Of a DNA stretch of 64,000 nt, positions 1-17,760 are shown one piece after another; position 1 is the stretch's first letter; every line of letters begins with the position of its first letter. Under the pieces are notes generated by a model. That model made no database searches and was not told where the DNA came from. It saw only the letters and a program-made list of their open reading frames with translations. Both the position numbers and the translations under genes were made by a program. The DNA comes from Vicugna vicugna. Taxonomy: Eukaryota. The stretch lies in the NCBI GenBank assembly GCA_013265495.1, contig MU058221.1, positions 5,068,066 through 5,132,065 on the forward strand. The letters run 5' to 3'.

Positions 1-1214
1 GTCGGAGAAGGGGATGGCAGGTGGGCGCTTGGGCCAGTCTCCTTGCAGGGACGCAGTGAGCCTCCTTGACCTTCTTCTCCATCGCCTGGAGCGAACTCCC
101 TTTTCCTGGAGGGAGGAGCAGCCCAAACCCTGAGGCAGGACTAAGCCTGTTAGGGTATCTGTATGGCCTGCAGGTCTCCTGGAGAAGCCCAGGGAAGGCC
201 AGGGTCCTCCTGAGTCCTGGGGTGTAGGTTCGGATGTTCGATCCTCGGTGTCTGACGGCTCTTAGCGCCCTGCACCCAGCCATCAGCTATACATGGCAGA
301 GCCAGGTAAGGCGCAGGGGCTGCCAGGAAGTAATAACCCGGGCACTCTTCTTCAGTATGCTCCCTCTCAAAGTGCTCTGTTCACACCTCAGCGTCAAGCA
401 CCAGGACTCTTGTCCTAAGTCCCAGGTTGCATAAGGATCCACTGAGATACTACAGAAGGGACTTACCCAACCCCTTCTGTGCCAGTCAGGAACTGCTTGG
501 TGGGGTGAGCCGAGCTGAGGTCTCTCTCCCTAGGCCTCTTCTCAGCTGATTTCTGGCTCCCAAGTGAGGATTCAGGTTACACCTGTATCGGGAGCAGTGA
601 CACCACAGTGGCCAGCAACACATTGGACTTTCTGTCTCCAACCCCATTTTCAGCGTTTACACTTCCTGATCTGACCATATACTGCTGTGTCCCTGACCAT
701 CAAGGCAGATAGGAAAATACCTGACTTTTGAAGGTCTAGCCATGACCCTGTAATGTCAGTGAGATTTTATTCTTCTGTAAGTTAGATTAAGACCAGCTAT
801 TTCCTGGAAATATTCCATTTAATCTTGAAATAATTAGAAACGACTCCAGAAAGGATGTTCAAAGTAGAACACGCAGATTCCTTTTGGTAACAGGAGTAGG
901 AGTCACATTAACTAGTCAGGTGGTCTCTAAGCATGTCCATTGCTGCCTGGGAAGTTACCAAAGTCTTGGTTTTCCAAGTATTTCTGTTAAGACAACCAGC
1001 CTTTTGTTGAGTATCCCCTCTGCCCCTAGATACCAGAGATAGGTACCATAGAAACTTGGAGACAGCCCATGCCCCAGTCCCTGTGCTCTTTGTAAGAGCC
1101 CATTCTCTCCTGCTTTCCAGGGCGTAGCACTAGACTCTTGAATCAGTAAGAGCCTATGTGACTTACCCACGATGTGCCAAAGCCATTAATGCCTATCCCT
1201 GCTTCCTGAAGATC

Positions 1215-1706
1215 TGTTATCGACCCAAATTTGGGTCTACTTGCCCGTGGGAAGCAAAGCCAATCTACTGACATCTGGGTGTGGTGAAGGAAAGTACAGT
1301 TTATTGCAGGGTGCCTAGCAAGGAGCTCAGGACAGCTAGTGCTCAAAAAACCTGAACTCTCAGATGGTTTTGAGCAAAGCATTTTTAAAGGCAAGTCAAG
1401 GGAGAGGTGTCCCAGGGTCTGTGATCAGCTCGTGCATGATTCTGATTGGTTGATGGTGAGGTAACAGGGCAGTGTCACAGGGGTTAACATTATCAGTCCT
1501 TTGGCGCCAGTAGGTCTGGGGGCCACATGCTCAGAATCAGCAAGTAGTTAATTTCTTCCATTTGGTGGTGGATTTAGCAGCTGTAAAACAACTCAGGAAA
1601 TGTGCATCAGAGACCATTATCTGGGTACTTCAGAGAGGAGCTACAACAGACGATATGGGGGAGGGGTCTGTCCTGAGAAGGCCCCATAGGGTCCTCCGGG
1701 GTTACA
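1215..1706 (-). mobile_element. ERV1-class solo LTR
   Basis: TG...CA termini (tgttat...gttaca) flanked by a perfect 4-bp TSD GATC; minus-strand CCAAT, TATA-like TTTAAAA and AATAAA (1300-1305) in LTR order. Confidence 0.85.
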
Positions 1707-2754
1707 GATCCAGCCAGCAGGGTGCAGTTAAAGTTACAGGGCAGTGTTAATATGTCCTTAATAGGGAATATGGCGGAGGGGAAGGTGCTCCCAAAGTTGG
1801 GTTCTTTCCCCTCAGGGCCCTGGGAGTGACTCAGAAACGTACATAGTCTATGCATGGAAGTACCTGCACATACACAGATACCTGATTTTTCCAAGGAAGG
1901 GCCTTGCATCAGTAACTGGATAAAGCCGTTGTGTCGGTGGTCCTGCAGACCACGCCCATTTCTCTCAGCCAGTCTTGGGATGAGGGACAGGCCGCCATGC
2001 TTCTCTTCTCCACCAGGAGTCGCGCTTTCCCGGGGAACAACTGCCCAGGTCCCTATAGCGGCAGGGATGCGGTGAGGGGCACTTGGTCCTGTGTACGTAA
2101 TTAGATGACTTTGGCCCAAGGCCCAGCATCCATCTCCGTTCTGGTCTCAGCTTTTCCGTTCGTAAAGCTGGGGAGGGTGATAGGGCCCGCCCCACCCATC
2201 GAGGAAGGATGTGTGGATGGAATCCGCGAAGGACATCCGCGAAGCGGCAGTGCCCGGTCTTTCCTAAGGGGCAGGCAGGAGGCCAGGCTGGTTTTCCATA
2301 CTTTTTCTGCTCACCAGTCCTGGGAGAAAGGAACAAGGAAGCAACGGGAACAGGAGATGCCTGGCTCTAAGGCTGTAAGCTGAAGAAGGAAGCCTAAGCA
2401 GGGCCTTGTTACATCTGGAGAGGGAGGGGGAGCGGGGCAGGATGGGGGGATGGGGGATGGAGTGTAGGAAGAGTAGGGGGAGGATAGATGCCCCTCCTCC
2501 ACTTTTCAAGGTAAATAGAGGAAAGGACCCCGGTGGTTGAAAGCGAGGTCAAAGGTCCTTGGTAACCATTTGCATTTAGAGAAGCTGATAAACAGGGAAA
2601 GGGCCTCAGGACATTTGTGCTCCGCCAGGGCCTGGTGATTGGTGTCCACTGACAGGAAAGGAACAAACCCTGGGCCTTCCAGAGAGAGACCAAGGCTGCT
2701 TGCAGGGAGGCAGGGGCTCTGAGCAGGTGGGGGAGAGGAGTAAGATTTGAACGT

Positions 2755-3250
2755 GCAGCTACAACAAATATTTTTTGAGAGCCTGTTATGCGCCAAGCTG
2801 CGGGCCGGGCACCTGGGATTTGGCAATGAACTGGACAGACACAGTTGCTACCCACTTAGAGCTCTTGCAGTGGAGTGAGAGTCTACAGTCTAGCCCTGAA
2901 ATACACCCATAGATTTAATTATGGTGGGAGCCACAACTAAATTTAATTATTAGATAACTGAATATAATTATATATTATAAAATTGTATTTAAATATAATA
3001 ATAATTTTAAAAAAAATAATAAATAAAATTCGTTAAAATATATAATTAAATATAATGATAATAAAATATAAATATAAGTAAATTTAATTGTGTAGGGGGG
3101 ACTGACTGCCCTGGTCTGGGACCCCTACAGGGAGTCACTTAAACTGGCCTGAAGGAAGAGGGAGGCAAAGGACCAGAGTTTCCAGCAGAAGAAAGGCAAG
3201 TGTGCAGCTCCCAGGTAAGGAGGAGCCTGTCTGAGACTAGAGAGGGATGA
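2755..3250 (-). mobile_element. Degenerate L2 fragment interrupted by an AT-rich tract
   Basis: caacaaatatttt..gag..c L2 3'-end-like start followed by L2-like sequence. Confidence 0.45.
2938..3089. repeat. AT-rich low-complexity tract
   Basis: Nearly pure A/T run in a GC-rich context. Confidence 0.9.
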
Positions 3251-4423
3251 AGGAAGTCAGGTACCACTAGAAGTGTTTGCAGCCGCCCTGCCCCCACCTC
3301 ACCCAGGCTTCCCTCTACTGGGACACCTGCTGGGCTGTCCTTAGGGTAGAATCTGGTCAGTGAGCTAATGCATCAAGTTCACAGGCAGCTCAAGGCGCTC
3401 TGGTGATCTGCATAATAAGGAGCTGAGGTGGAGGACAGGGTGCTTGCACCATCTGTGAAGACTGCTGGTTGCAGATGACCTGAGTGGCTTTTGAGAGGGA
3501 TGGTAAAAAAAAAAAATTTGAAGTATAACATCTATGCAGGAGAGTCCTTTTTTCTTTCTTTCTTTTATTTTAACATTTATTTATTTAGCTTTGTTTTTCT
3601 ATCCTTGAAAGCCCTCCCTCTTTTTCATATTCTGTAAGGACAGTAAAAATCTCAATTTCTTCCAACTGAAATTTCCTTAAGTCAACAAAGGGTGCAGAAT
3701 GGGCCACCTGGGGCCCCATCACGGTAGAACCACAGGCAAAAAGGTGGGTGTGAGTGAGTCTGTGGGCAAAGGCAGGGGCTGGGGCTGGAGAGGTAGGTAG
3801 GAGAGGACTGACTTGCTCGGCAACAAGAAGCGATTGTCTCCACTCAGGGCGGGGTCAGTCAAGGGTTCCTGGCAGAGCTGCATCATGGTCAAATCTATCA
3901 CGGGCAAAGTTCCAGAAGAGGGAGGGGCAGGGTGTGCGGGACCAAGGCACAGCACCGGGCGGCGGGGGCAGAGGCAGAGGCAGAGGCAAGCAGGGTGGCG
4001 TGAGCTCGTGCACTTCACCCTGGAGGCCAGAGAAAGCCAGCTCAACTTTCCGCCCCAACCCTCGACCTTGGAGAGTCTGCAGAAGGCTGGTGTGCTGCCC
4101 TCCAGAAAAACACAAACCACACAGCAAGCTTTGCATCTGTGTTCGGGGAGATGGAGGGAGGGACTGTCACAGAGCTCGGAAGCTGCAGCAATAAATGGTG
4201 GTGCAGCAGGGACCCTCTTAGGAGGGTCTGGGTGTCATCCGACCGCCCTGCATCACCTGTCACAGCCGCCACCGGACTGAGCTGAGTCAGTGGGCCTGGG
4301 CGGGCAGCAGGCCAGGGAAGCAGGGCTCTGCTTGTGCTCAGCCAGCCCCAACATCCTCCACCCATCAGCCCAGGAGGACCCCTTCTCTCCCCGCTGCCAA
4401 ACACCGTCCTTAAGGATTGCCCC

Positions 4424-4569
4424 GGGGAGAGGGGCAGGGTGTAGCTCGAGTGGTGGAGCGCAGGCTTAGCATGCACAAGGTCCTGGGCTCATTCCTTAGT
4501 ACCGCCTCCAAAAATAAATAAACATAATAACCCCCCCAAAAATAAATAATAATACAATTTTAAAAAAAA
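4424..4569 (+). mobile_element. tRNA-Ala-derived camelid SINE (Vic-1-like)
   Basis: tRNA head, A-rich tail, TSD GATTGCCCC. Confidence 0.88.
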
Positions 4570-6182
4570 GATTGCCCCAACTTTACCTTTAACCCAACCA
4601 CAGACATTCAGTTGGCCTCAGGCCCCTCCCCTAGGAGCTTTGTGGGCCTCTTAACTTGACCACCTGCTCGGATGAAAATATCCTGAGGACCCCTTCGTTC
4701 TCCCTTACCCCTCACAGGACTTGTTCCCCACTCCCCGCTCTCCCCTCCCCGTCCCCTCCTGCCCACGTGGCCCTAGGTCAGGGTCAGAAAGTTCTCCCTT
4801 CCCTCTTCCTCCCCAGCCCCTTCCACTTGCCACGATGGATTCCCATTCTCTCGGGAGCAGAAGCCTTGTCTTCTCAGAGTGCTCCTGGCTTTTCCCACCT
4901 TTCCCCCCATCTCCCTGGCTTAGGGGCCCTGGCTGTCCTGTGGCGACCCCATACCGCTCCCCACTTCTCTGCTTTCCTTCTTTTTATCTTTTTATCCGTA
5001 TTGACAGATTTTTTTTAATTTTAAAAATAATGAATGTTTGTCATGTGAAAGTCCCAAAAGTATAGAAATGAAAAGCTACGCTGCTTCTTTCTGCCTGGTC
5101 TCACCTTCCCGTGAGACCCCTCATGGTTTGGGCCTCTTGGTGGCCATGTGGTGAACCCCCTGATGTTGTGGTTTTATCTCTAAATCAGAGTTCCTCACTG
5201 AGAGGAAGAGAAACCAACCCTAGGTACGTTAGGCTGAAAAATAATTTCTTCAAAATCGTCCTGTAGCTGACCACAATTCCGGGAGGACCTGAGAACCAAC
5301 CAGGAGCAATGTCCCAAAGGCCACGGCCAACCTGGCCTAGTTGGAGGCACCTCTGGGCCGACACCACTGATCCCGGCTCTGGGTGGTACCGCTGGGCTCT
5401 CCACCTTCCTGGCCTCTGGAAGCAGGATTTAGCTGTCACCCCTTCCCCAGGGTGGATTCCTCTTGGTGCCCGCTTTGGATACAAAGCCCAGCATGGGGGC
5501 ATCCTACTGGCAGAATGCCTGCACCCCAGCTGCCAGGAAGGCTGGGAGGGCCTCATCTGGCTTCTGGATGGAGGCAAGGATTCAGACGGTGGAGATGGCC
5601 CCAAACGCAGGAAGTGCTCGACGCCAGCAGAAGAGGGTGACATCCCCTCCTGCCTTGAGGGGTCCAGCCCCACCTCAGCAGCTCTGGCTCCACGGTCCAC
5701 AATCTACCCCCTCTGAGACCTCTAGCCTCAGCCTGCTTCCCTGCTTCCCTGTCCTCCTTCAGGTCCTCAGAAACCACCCACCTCCTGCTCACAAGGCTTC
5801 CCACTTCACTCACACCAGGGACCGCAGCCAGCCTTCGCAACCTTCCCCATCCGCTGGCAACAGCTCTACCAACAGGGGTTCCGCCTCCTCAGGAGGAGCT
5901 GCAGTTTACTGTGCGCGCACTGTGTTTCCTGGGTACCATCCCATTCAGCCCTCAGAAGCGCCTCCACCACTGGGAATGCCTTGTTCGCATCCCTGTTTAC
6001 ACAGGAGGAAACTGCAGCCCAGAGGGACTGAACATCTCCTTGGGTCTGCCCTCTCCGTCACTAGGAGCGGCCCCCTGGGGGCAGGGCCTGGGTCACGGTT
6101 TTTTTCTCTGCTGGCGACCCCTGTGTTCCCTATGAGCTAAAGACTATGTGATTCTAAAGATGTCCTGGGGGTCGCATCTTCT

Positions 6183-6370
6183 CAGACTTTCTCAAACTTG
6201 GCTTATCAAAAGATGATTCAGGATGCTGGTTTAAAATAACATCGAGCCCCAGTTCCCTCCTGGAACATTCAATTCTTGAGATCTCAGGGAAGGTCTGGGA
6301 ATCTAAGACATCCACAAGCCCTCCAGGGATTCTTGTGATCAGCAAATGGGGGGGGGGGGCACTGCTCTAG
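6183..6370. mobile_element. MER5-like hAT-Charlie DNA transposon remnant
   Basis: cag..ttctcaaactt ... ctgggaatct ... cactgctctag pattern. Confidence 0.5.
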
Positions 6371-7619
6371 GGAGCTGTTTGTTTTCTCAGGGTGGGTTTA
6401 GATTATGCTGGGCCCGAAAATTTCGGCCTGTTCTCATTGGAGAGCTGAGATCCGGAAAATGTGGAGAATGGCTGTCGGTTGTAGAAGGACCGCAAAACTG
6501 GCCCTCAGTTGCTGCCAGACCATGGGGCCCAGGGAACCTTCAAAGTGTGAGTTGCTAGCAATTCCATATCTAGGAATTCATCCCAAGGGAGTAGCTATGG
6601 TTGTTCCCAAAGCAACCCCGTTCCAGAGATGGAGCAAGAGGTTGTCCGAATCTGCCTGTGCGATCAGGAAGAAGCAGAGTGCTGCAGGGCTGGCTGGGCT
6701 GAAACAAAGCCATGGGGCAGACTCCTTACATCCCCTCCTCCCTGGTGTGCCCGGAGCAGTGCCCCCACCCAGAAGGCATGGATCCCCTCCTCTGCCTGGG
6801 GCTCCTTCCCCCACCCAGGCCCTGGCATTTGCCTATGCAAAGCCCTGAACAGAAGGAGGAGGTGTCAGAGGCAAGGGCAGTATGACTGGGAGCCTACTCA
6901 GTTTGGGGTTTGCTGTGGGGTGGTGTCAGAGCTTCCCGCTGACTCTCACCTGCAGACTCTGGTCCCAGAGGAGGTCCCCTTGGTGGGGGAACTTGCCCCT
7001 GCCTTATGGTTCAAATGTGGAACAAAGGTAACCGGGGGAGTGGAAGTCAGGACCCTTGTCCCTGACTCCAGGCTTCCCGGATTGTTCCTTTGTTTTTGTT
7101 TACAGTTTTTCCCACTATACCAAATGGGCCCCCCTCAAGCCACCCCAGTGACTTTTCAGAGCGTCTTAAGTGCCGTTTTGCCTGCCAGTCCCAGGAATCA
7201 TCTGATCTTCCTCTCTGAAGTCGGTGGCCAGCGCCAACCCTGGGCTCTCCTCCCCAGTGCCCCGAGTCTCATGGCCTCCAAAGATGCAAGCACTTGGCCT
7301 TCATTTCTCCTTTGTGCCGACTGCCAGGACATCACCAAAGTAATAACCACAGGAAAATTACAGTGCCCTTGAAAGTTCTATAAATTCATGATCGTTATCT
7401 GTGTTCCCTCATTCCCTGGTCTGAACAGAGTCAGATACCAGATACCAGTCAGACACCCTACTTTTCGCCTCAATACCTCTCAGAAGCCAGAGTTCCAAAA
7501 TTCACTCGGGTAGCAGAGCACCAGGAAGCCGAGGGCTCCTAAGGAAGCCTGTGATTACTGATGTTCTAATTTCATCACAGGAAAGGAGGGTCAGGACTCA
7601 ATCCCCAGTGAGGTACAGG

Positions 7620-8240
7620 ATGCTCAGTGTTTAGAGCAAAGGCTCTGGGTTGGGCAAACCTTGGATTGAATCCCACCTCCAACACTTAACTAATTGTATG
7701 ACCTTGGGAAGGTCACTCAGTTTCTCAGAGCCTCAGTGCTATGGACTGAGTTACATACCCCACCATCCCCCAAATTCACACGTTGAAGCCCTAACCCCGC
7801 AATGTGACCGTATTTGGAGACAGGGCCTTTAGGGAGGTAATTAGGGTTAAATGAGGTCATAAGGGTGGGGCCCTGATTCAATAGGGCTGGTGTCCTTATA
7901 AGAAGAGATCAGAGATCTCTCTCTCTCTCCCCAGAATGCTCTCTCTCTCTGCATGCACAGAGGAAAGGTCGTGTGAGGATACAGCGGGAAGCTGACTGCA
8001 AGCCAGCAAGAGAGCCCTCGCCAAAAGCCAGCCCTGACAGCACCTTGATCTTGGCTTCTAGTCTCCAGAACAGTGAGAAAATAAATTTCTGTTGTTGAAG
8101 CCACCCAGTCTGTGGAATTCTGTGACGGCTGCCCGAGGTGACTAATACGCTCATTTTCCTCATCTGAAAAGCAGGGATAAAATTAGGACTTGCATCATGA
8201 GGCTATTGTGAGAATCCAGTGAGGAAATGCGTGTGTAATG
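7620..8240 (+). mobile_element. MIR split by the MLT1 insertion
   Basis: MIR core (tgaccttggg..ggtcactc..tctcagagcctcag | ttttcctcatctgaaaa...) resumes after the LTR. Confidence 0.7.
7737..8149 (+). mobile_element. MLT1A/B-type MaLR solo LTR
   Basis: tgctatggactga...caaattca.a.gttgaagccctaacccc...aataaatttctgttgtt...gactaatac; 5-bp TSD CTCAG/CTCAT. Confidence 0.88.
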
Positions 8241-8799
8241 CCTGCCTGTTTAGTTTTCCTACAGCATCTTCAGCACCTGGAACAGTGCCTGGTGGATAGT
8301 GGATGTTCAATTAATACCTACTGAATGAAGAACTACATCCATCACAAAGCGAGCTGTCAAACCGCATGCAAGTGCATCTATCTGAGCTTTTCACCAGCCT
8401 CCACCTCCTTGATCATTGATCACCACTCACCAGCAAATGACAGCAGGCACAAAGGGTTTAAGAAAAGTGTCTGCAGGGATAGTCTCCTGGTTTTAATGGG
8501 ATGTGCCAGGAATGCCATGTCTTCTGTGAACGGGGAAGGGGCTTGGTCTGGCTGATCCCCAGTAGAGTCTGAGTCTCTGGGAGGAGAGGGTATTAATCAG
8601 GAAGCTTTGGAGCCCTGGTCCAGCTTTGCGGGCCTGGGCAGGGAAGAGAGAGCTCTTCTTCCCATGGGGTGGGGGGTGTGCGTCGTGGGGCAGATGCAGC
8701 TGTGGGAGGCGATGTGGGGGAGGCTGGGGGGAGCTGTGGCTGGGTCCTGGGAGTGGTGCAGGCAAAGCTGGTCTGGGGTTGGAGGCCACAGCAGGCCCA

Positions 8800-8842
8800 C
8801 CTTCCTGGTGTGCTTGTGAGATGCAAATGATGAGAACAATAG
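8800..8842 (+). promoter_or_regulatory. ETS + octamer + SOX motif cluster upstream of the SH2D6 ATG
   Basis: CTTCCTG 8801-8807, ATGCAAAT 8821-8828, AACAATAG 8835-8842. Confidence 0.5.
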
Positions 8843-8911
8843 GGCCCTGTCCCCAGGCCATTTGTGGCAGAACCTGGACTCCCAAGGAGGCACAGCTTTC
8901 TCACCTTGGCC

Positions 8912-15031
<6,120 letters not shown>

Positions 15032-15483
15032 TGCCACAGTGGATGTGCACACCCACCTCTGGCCCGACTTTGCTCCTTGGGCTGTCTCCCTCTCTCCTCT
15101 CCCAGGTCTCCACCCCTCCAGCCCAACCCCCATCCTGTGCCCCAGTCCCTGCAGGGCCCCCTGAGAGGCACTGGGAAAGGTTGCCCAGAGACAGAAAGGG
15201 TCCCCAAGACCACACACCCCATGCTCACGCAGACCCTGGCACTGCCACCTCTTGCTGCATCTCCAAGACTGGGAGGGAGGGGACAGGCAGGACCCCCAGT
15301 CCTGGCCCCCAGACATGGCCTCCCCAGCTGCTCAGAATGATGGCTTCGGTGGGAAGCTGAGCCTCAGGGGGTTAGCACAGGCACTGCTTGGACGCAGAGA
15401 GAATCTTCTCACATTCCGCCTGGGGCTTAACACAGGGCTGGCATCCCAGAGGGACTTGGTCACCCCGCACATCGCTTGCTTTC

Positions 15484-15489
15484 AATAAA
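15484..15489 (+). terminator. Candidate SH2D6 polyadenylation signal AATAAA (second candidate at 15786-15791)
   Basis: First AATAAA noticed after the stop, ~450 nt downstream. Confidence 0.45.
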
Positions 15490-15879
15490 TATTTGTTGAG
15501 TGCATCCTTGAATTCTGCTGAGCAAAGGAGAGATGGCCTCTATGAGGTGCCAAGGTTCTCGAATGTCCCAGGGCACAGCCTGGGCCTGGGAGTGATAGAG
15601 GTCAGGTCAGGCCAGGCCAGAAGGGCGGCCCCATTTTGGCCCCTGGGCTGGGGCTTTGGCCCTTAGATGGTCTGTGCGGGCCCCCTGGGTGGCTGAGTTT
15701 TGTTTCATTGTTTTGTTGGGGGGTGGGTTCAGGGAGGGGGAGGAGAGAGGTTCAGTGCTGCTCAACCACCCCATTAAATGATCAGAATAAAGTTCAGGAC
15801 TTGTCTACCACCCATTTACCGCACAGCGTTCCACCGGGGAGGGATGAGCCTGATTTTGCGTGCTTGGGTGTGGTCTGGG

Positions 15880-16720
15880 GTAGGGGAGACGGGCGGACTC
15901 CAGGAAAGATCTGGGTATTGGACACGCCAGTTCCGGGATCAAAAGCCCCACGTGGAGTTCAGAGAAGACCATCGGAGCAGAGCCGCCTGGGAGGCCCCAG
16001 GCCTGGGGGCTCCGAGATGGGCCGGCGGCCCGCGGGCGGGCGGGGCGGGCGGCGCGCGGAGGAGGGTGGCCCCGCGAGGGCTGGGCGAGGGGCGGGGGCG
16101 TCCCCGGGGCCCTGGCGCGGCGCCCGGAACACCCCGTGCCGGAAGCGCATGTGACCGTGACTCCACAGAAGCCGGGAGCGCCGGGAAACAAAGGGCGGCT
16201 CAGCGGCCGCCGGCGCTCGGGCTGGCACGGAGGGCGCGGACCCCTGCCCCCAGCCGGGGACTCGGCTCTGCCCCGACCCACCCTGCACGCCCAGGCCGGG
16301 CGGGGAGCCGCCCGATCCTTATGAGGCCCGGGCGGGAGCCCCGGGGAGGTGGGGAGGGACGGCAGCCCCGAGGACACGCGGGTGAGAAGTCAGCGCGAGG
16401 CTGGGAGGGCGTCGTGGGGTCCCGGCTGGGCTGGAGAGCGTTGACCGGTGCTTCTCCGGCAAATGACCCTGTCCGATCCTTAATTCCTGTGACAGAGGCG
16501 AAGATAACCGTCCCTACCAGTTGTCCTAGTGTTGGGAGGCTCAAGTGGGGCGGTCCACGTGAGATGGCGAGCACGGCCCAGGGCCTGATGGGTGCTCTCT
16601 GGCCCTTCTTTCCAATCAATGTCACGTGAATTCCGGTCAATGAACTGCCGCTTTCAGCGTTCACTACTGGAGGGAAGTAATTTATGGCTGTGGCACCAGG
16701 AAGAGGAACCGGATGAAGCG
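15880..16720. promoter_or_regulatory. CpG island with promoter-like motif cluster
   Basis: Dense CpG/GC sequence with several GGGCGG boxes; E-boxes 16556-16561 and 16623-16628, CCAAT 16612-16616, TTCCGG 16631-16636. Confidence 0.75.
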
Positions 16721-17572
16721 GCTGGCTCAGGGTGGGGTGAGGGTGGGCACTGCTGTTTGTATATATGTGTTGGGGGGTGGTGATTAGCAGCTGAGAACTC
16801 TAGCCCGGAAAGGGAGATGCGACCCCAAGCCAGCCTCCCTCTGCTCTGTTAGCCAGCCCTGGCTCCCTCCAGGCCCTGGCTGGGAGTGGTCACTGTACAC
16901 TGTCCTCAGGCTGACCCAGGCAGGGACTCAGGGCTGGAGAGGGTGGGTCTCAGGGTGGAGTCAGACTCCTGCATGCCCCACCAGCTGTGCAGGTTTGAGT
17001 TCTTTTGAGGAACCCTCCACCCTATGGCCACAAAGGCCTTAGGACCTAATTTTACCAAGCGGTGAATTTACCTAGCCCTGAAGCCATGTGGCCTGTAGGG
17101 GGTGGAGTAGAGGCCACAGCATAGCGCTCGAGTTTGTGGCTCAACAGGGACTCTGCTTGGTCCCAGCTGGGGGACTGACTTTAAGGAACTAGCCTCATCC
17201 CTGCCCTCCCTGGGGAAAAAGAGGAGGAGCAGTCTGGGCTGCTGGGACAGTCTGTGATAAGGGACCCAGAGGACCAAACAGAAACATGGTCTGGAGAACA
17301 ACTCGGCCTAGCCAGCACTTCCTCAGCCTGCAGGTCTGTGCTTAAAAGCCCCCTTCTCCAGGAAGCCTTCCTGGCTGCCCTAGCCTGGGCTTGGGCACTT
17401 AGCAATTTGCCTTTTCACTCCCAGGAAGGGACCAACTGCTACTACTGCCCGGAATATAGTAGGTGCCAAATATTTGTTGAAAGAGTCACTGAATAGGTGA
17501 AGTCTACTCTGGATCCCTCTAAAGCTGATAACATTCCTTGATCAGGGCTTCCTTTGTAAGAGAAAAATCCAA

Positions 17573-17760
17573 CCCAGTGCAGTCCAACAGAACTTTCTGT
17601 AATGATAGGAACATTCTGTATCTGCATTGTCCAGTACAGTAGCCATGAGCTACAGGAACGCTTGAAATGTGACTAGTGTGATGGAGAAACTGAATTTTTA
17701 ATGGTAATTGAATTAATTTTAATTCAAATAGCCACATAGAGTTCATAGCTATCCTGTTGT
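17573..17760. mobile_element. MER3-like hAT-Charlie element
   Basis: gtccaacagaactttctg.aatgat.g.aa..ttct.tatctgca.tgtcca...aatagccacat. Confidence 0.75.

Noticed and set aside
5185..7372. ORFs of 171-247 aa upstream of SH2D6
   Set aside because: No recognisable family, open in several frames or strands, partly overlapping repeat remnants, and no convincing exon structure.
15636..16664. Long overlapping ORFs (283, 190, 172, 154 aa) on both strands
   Set aside because: They arise from stop-codon scarcity in the CpG island; translations are G/R/P/A low-complexity with no recognisable domain.
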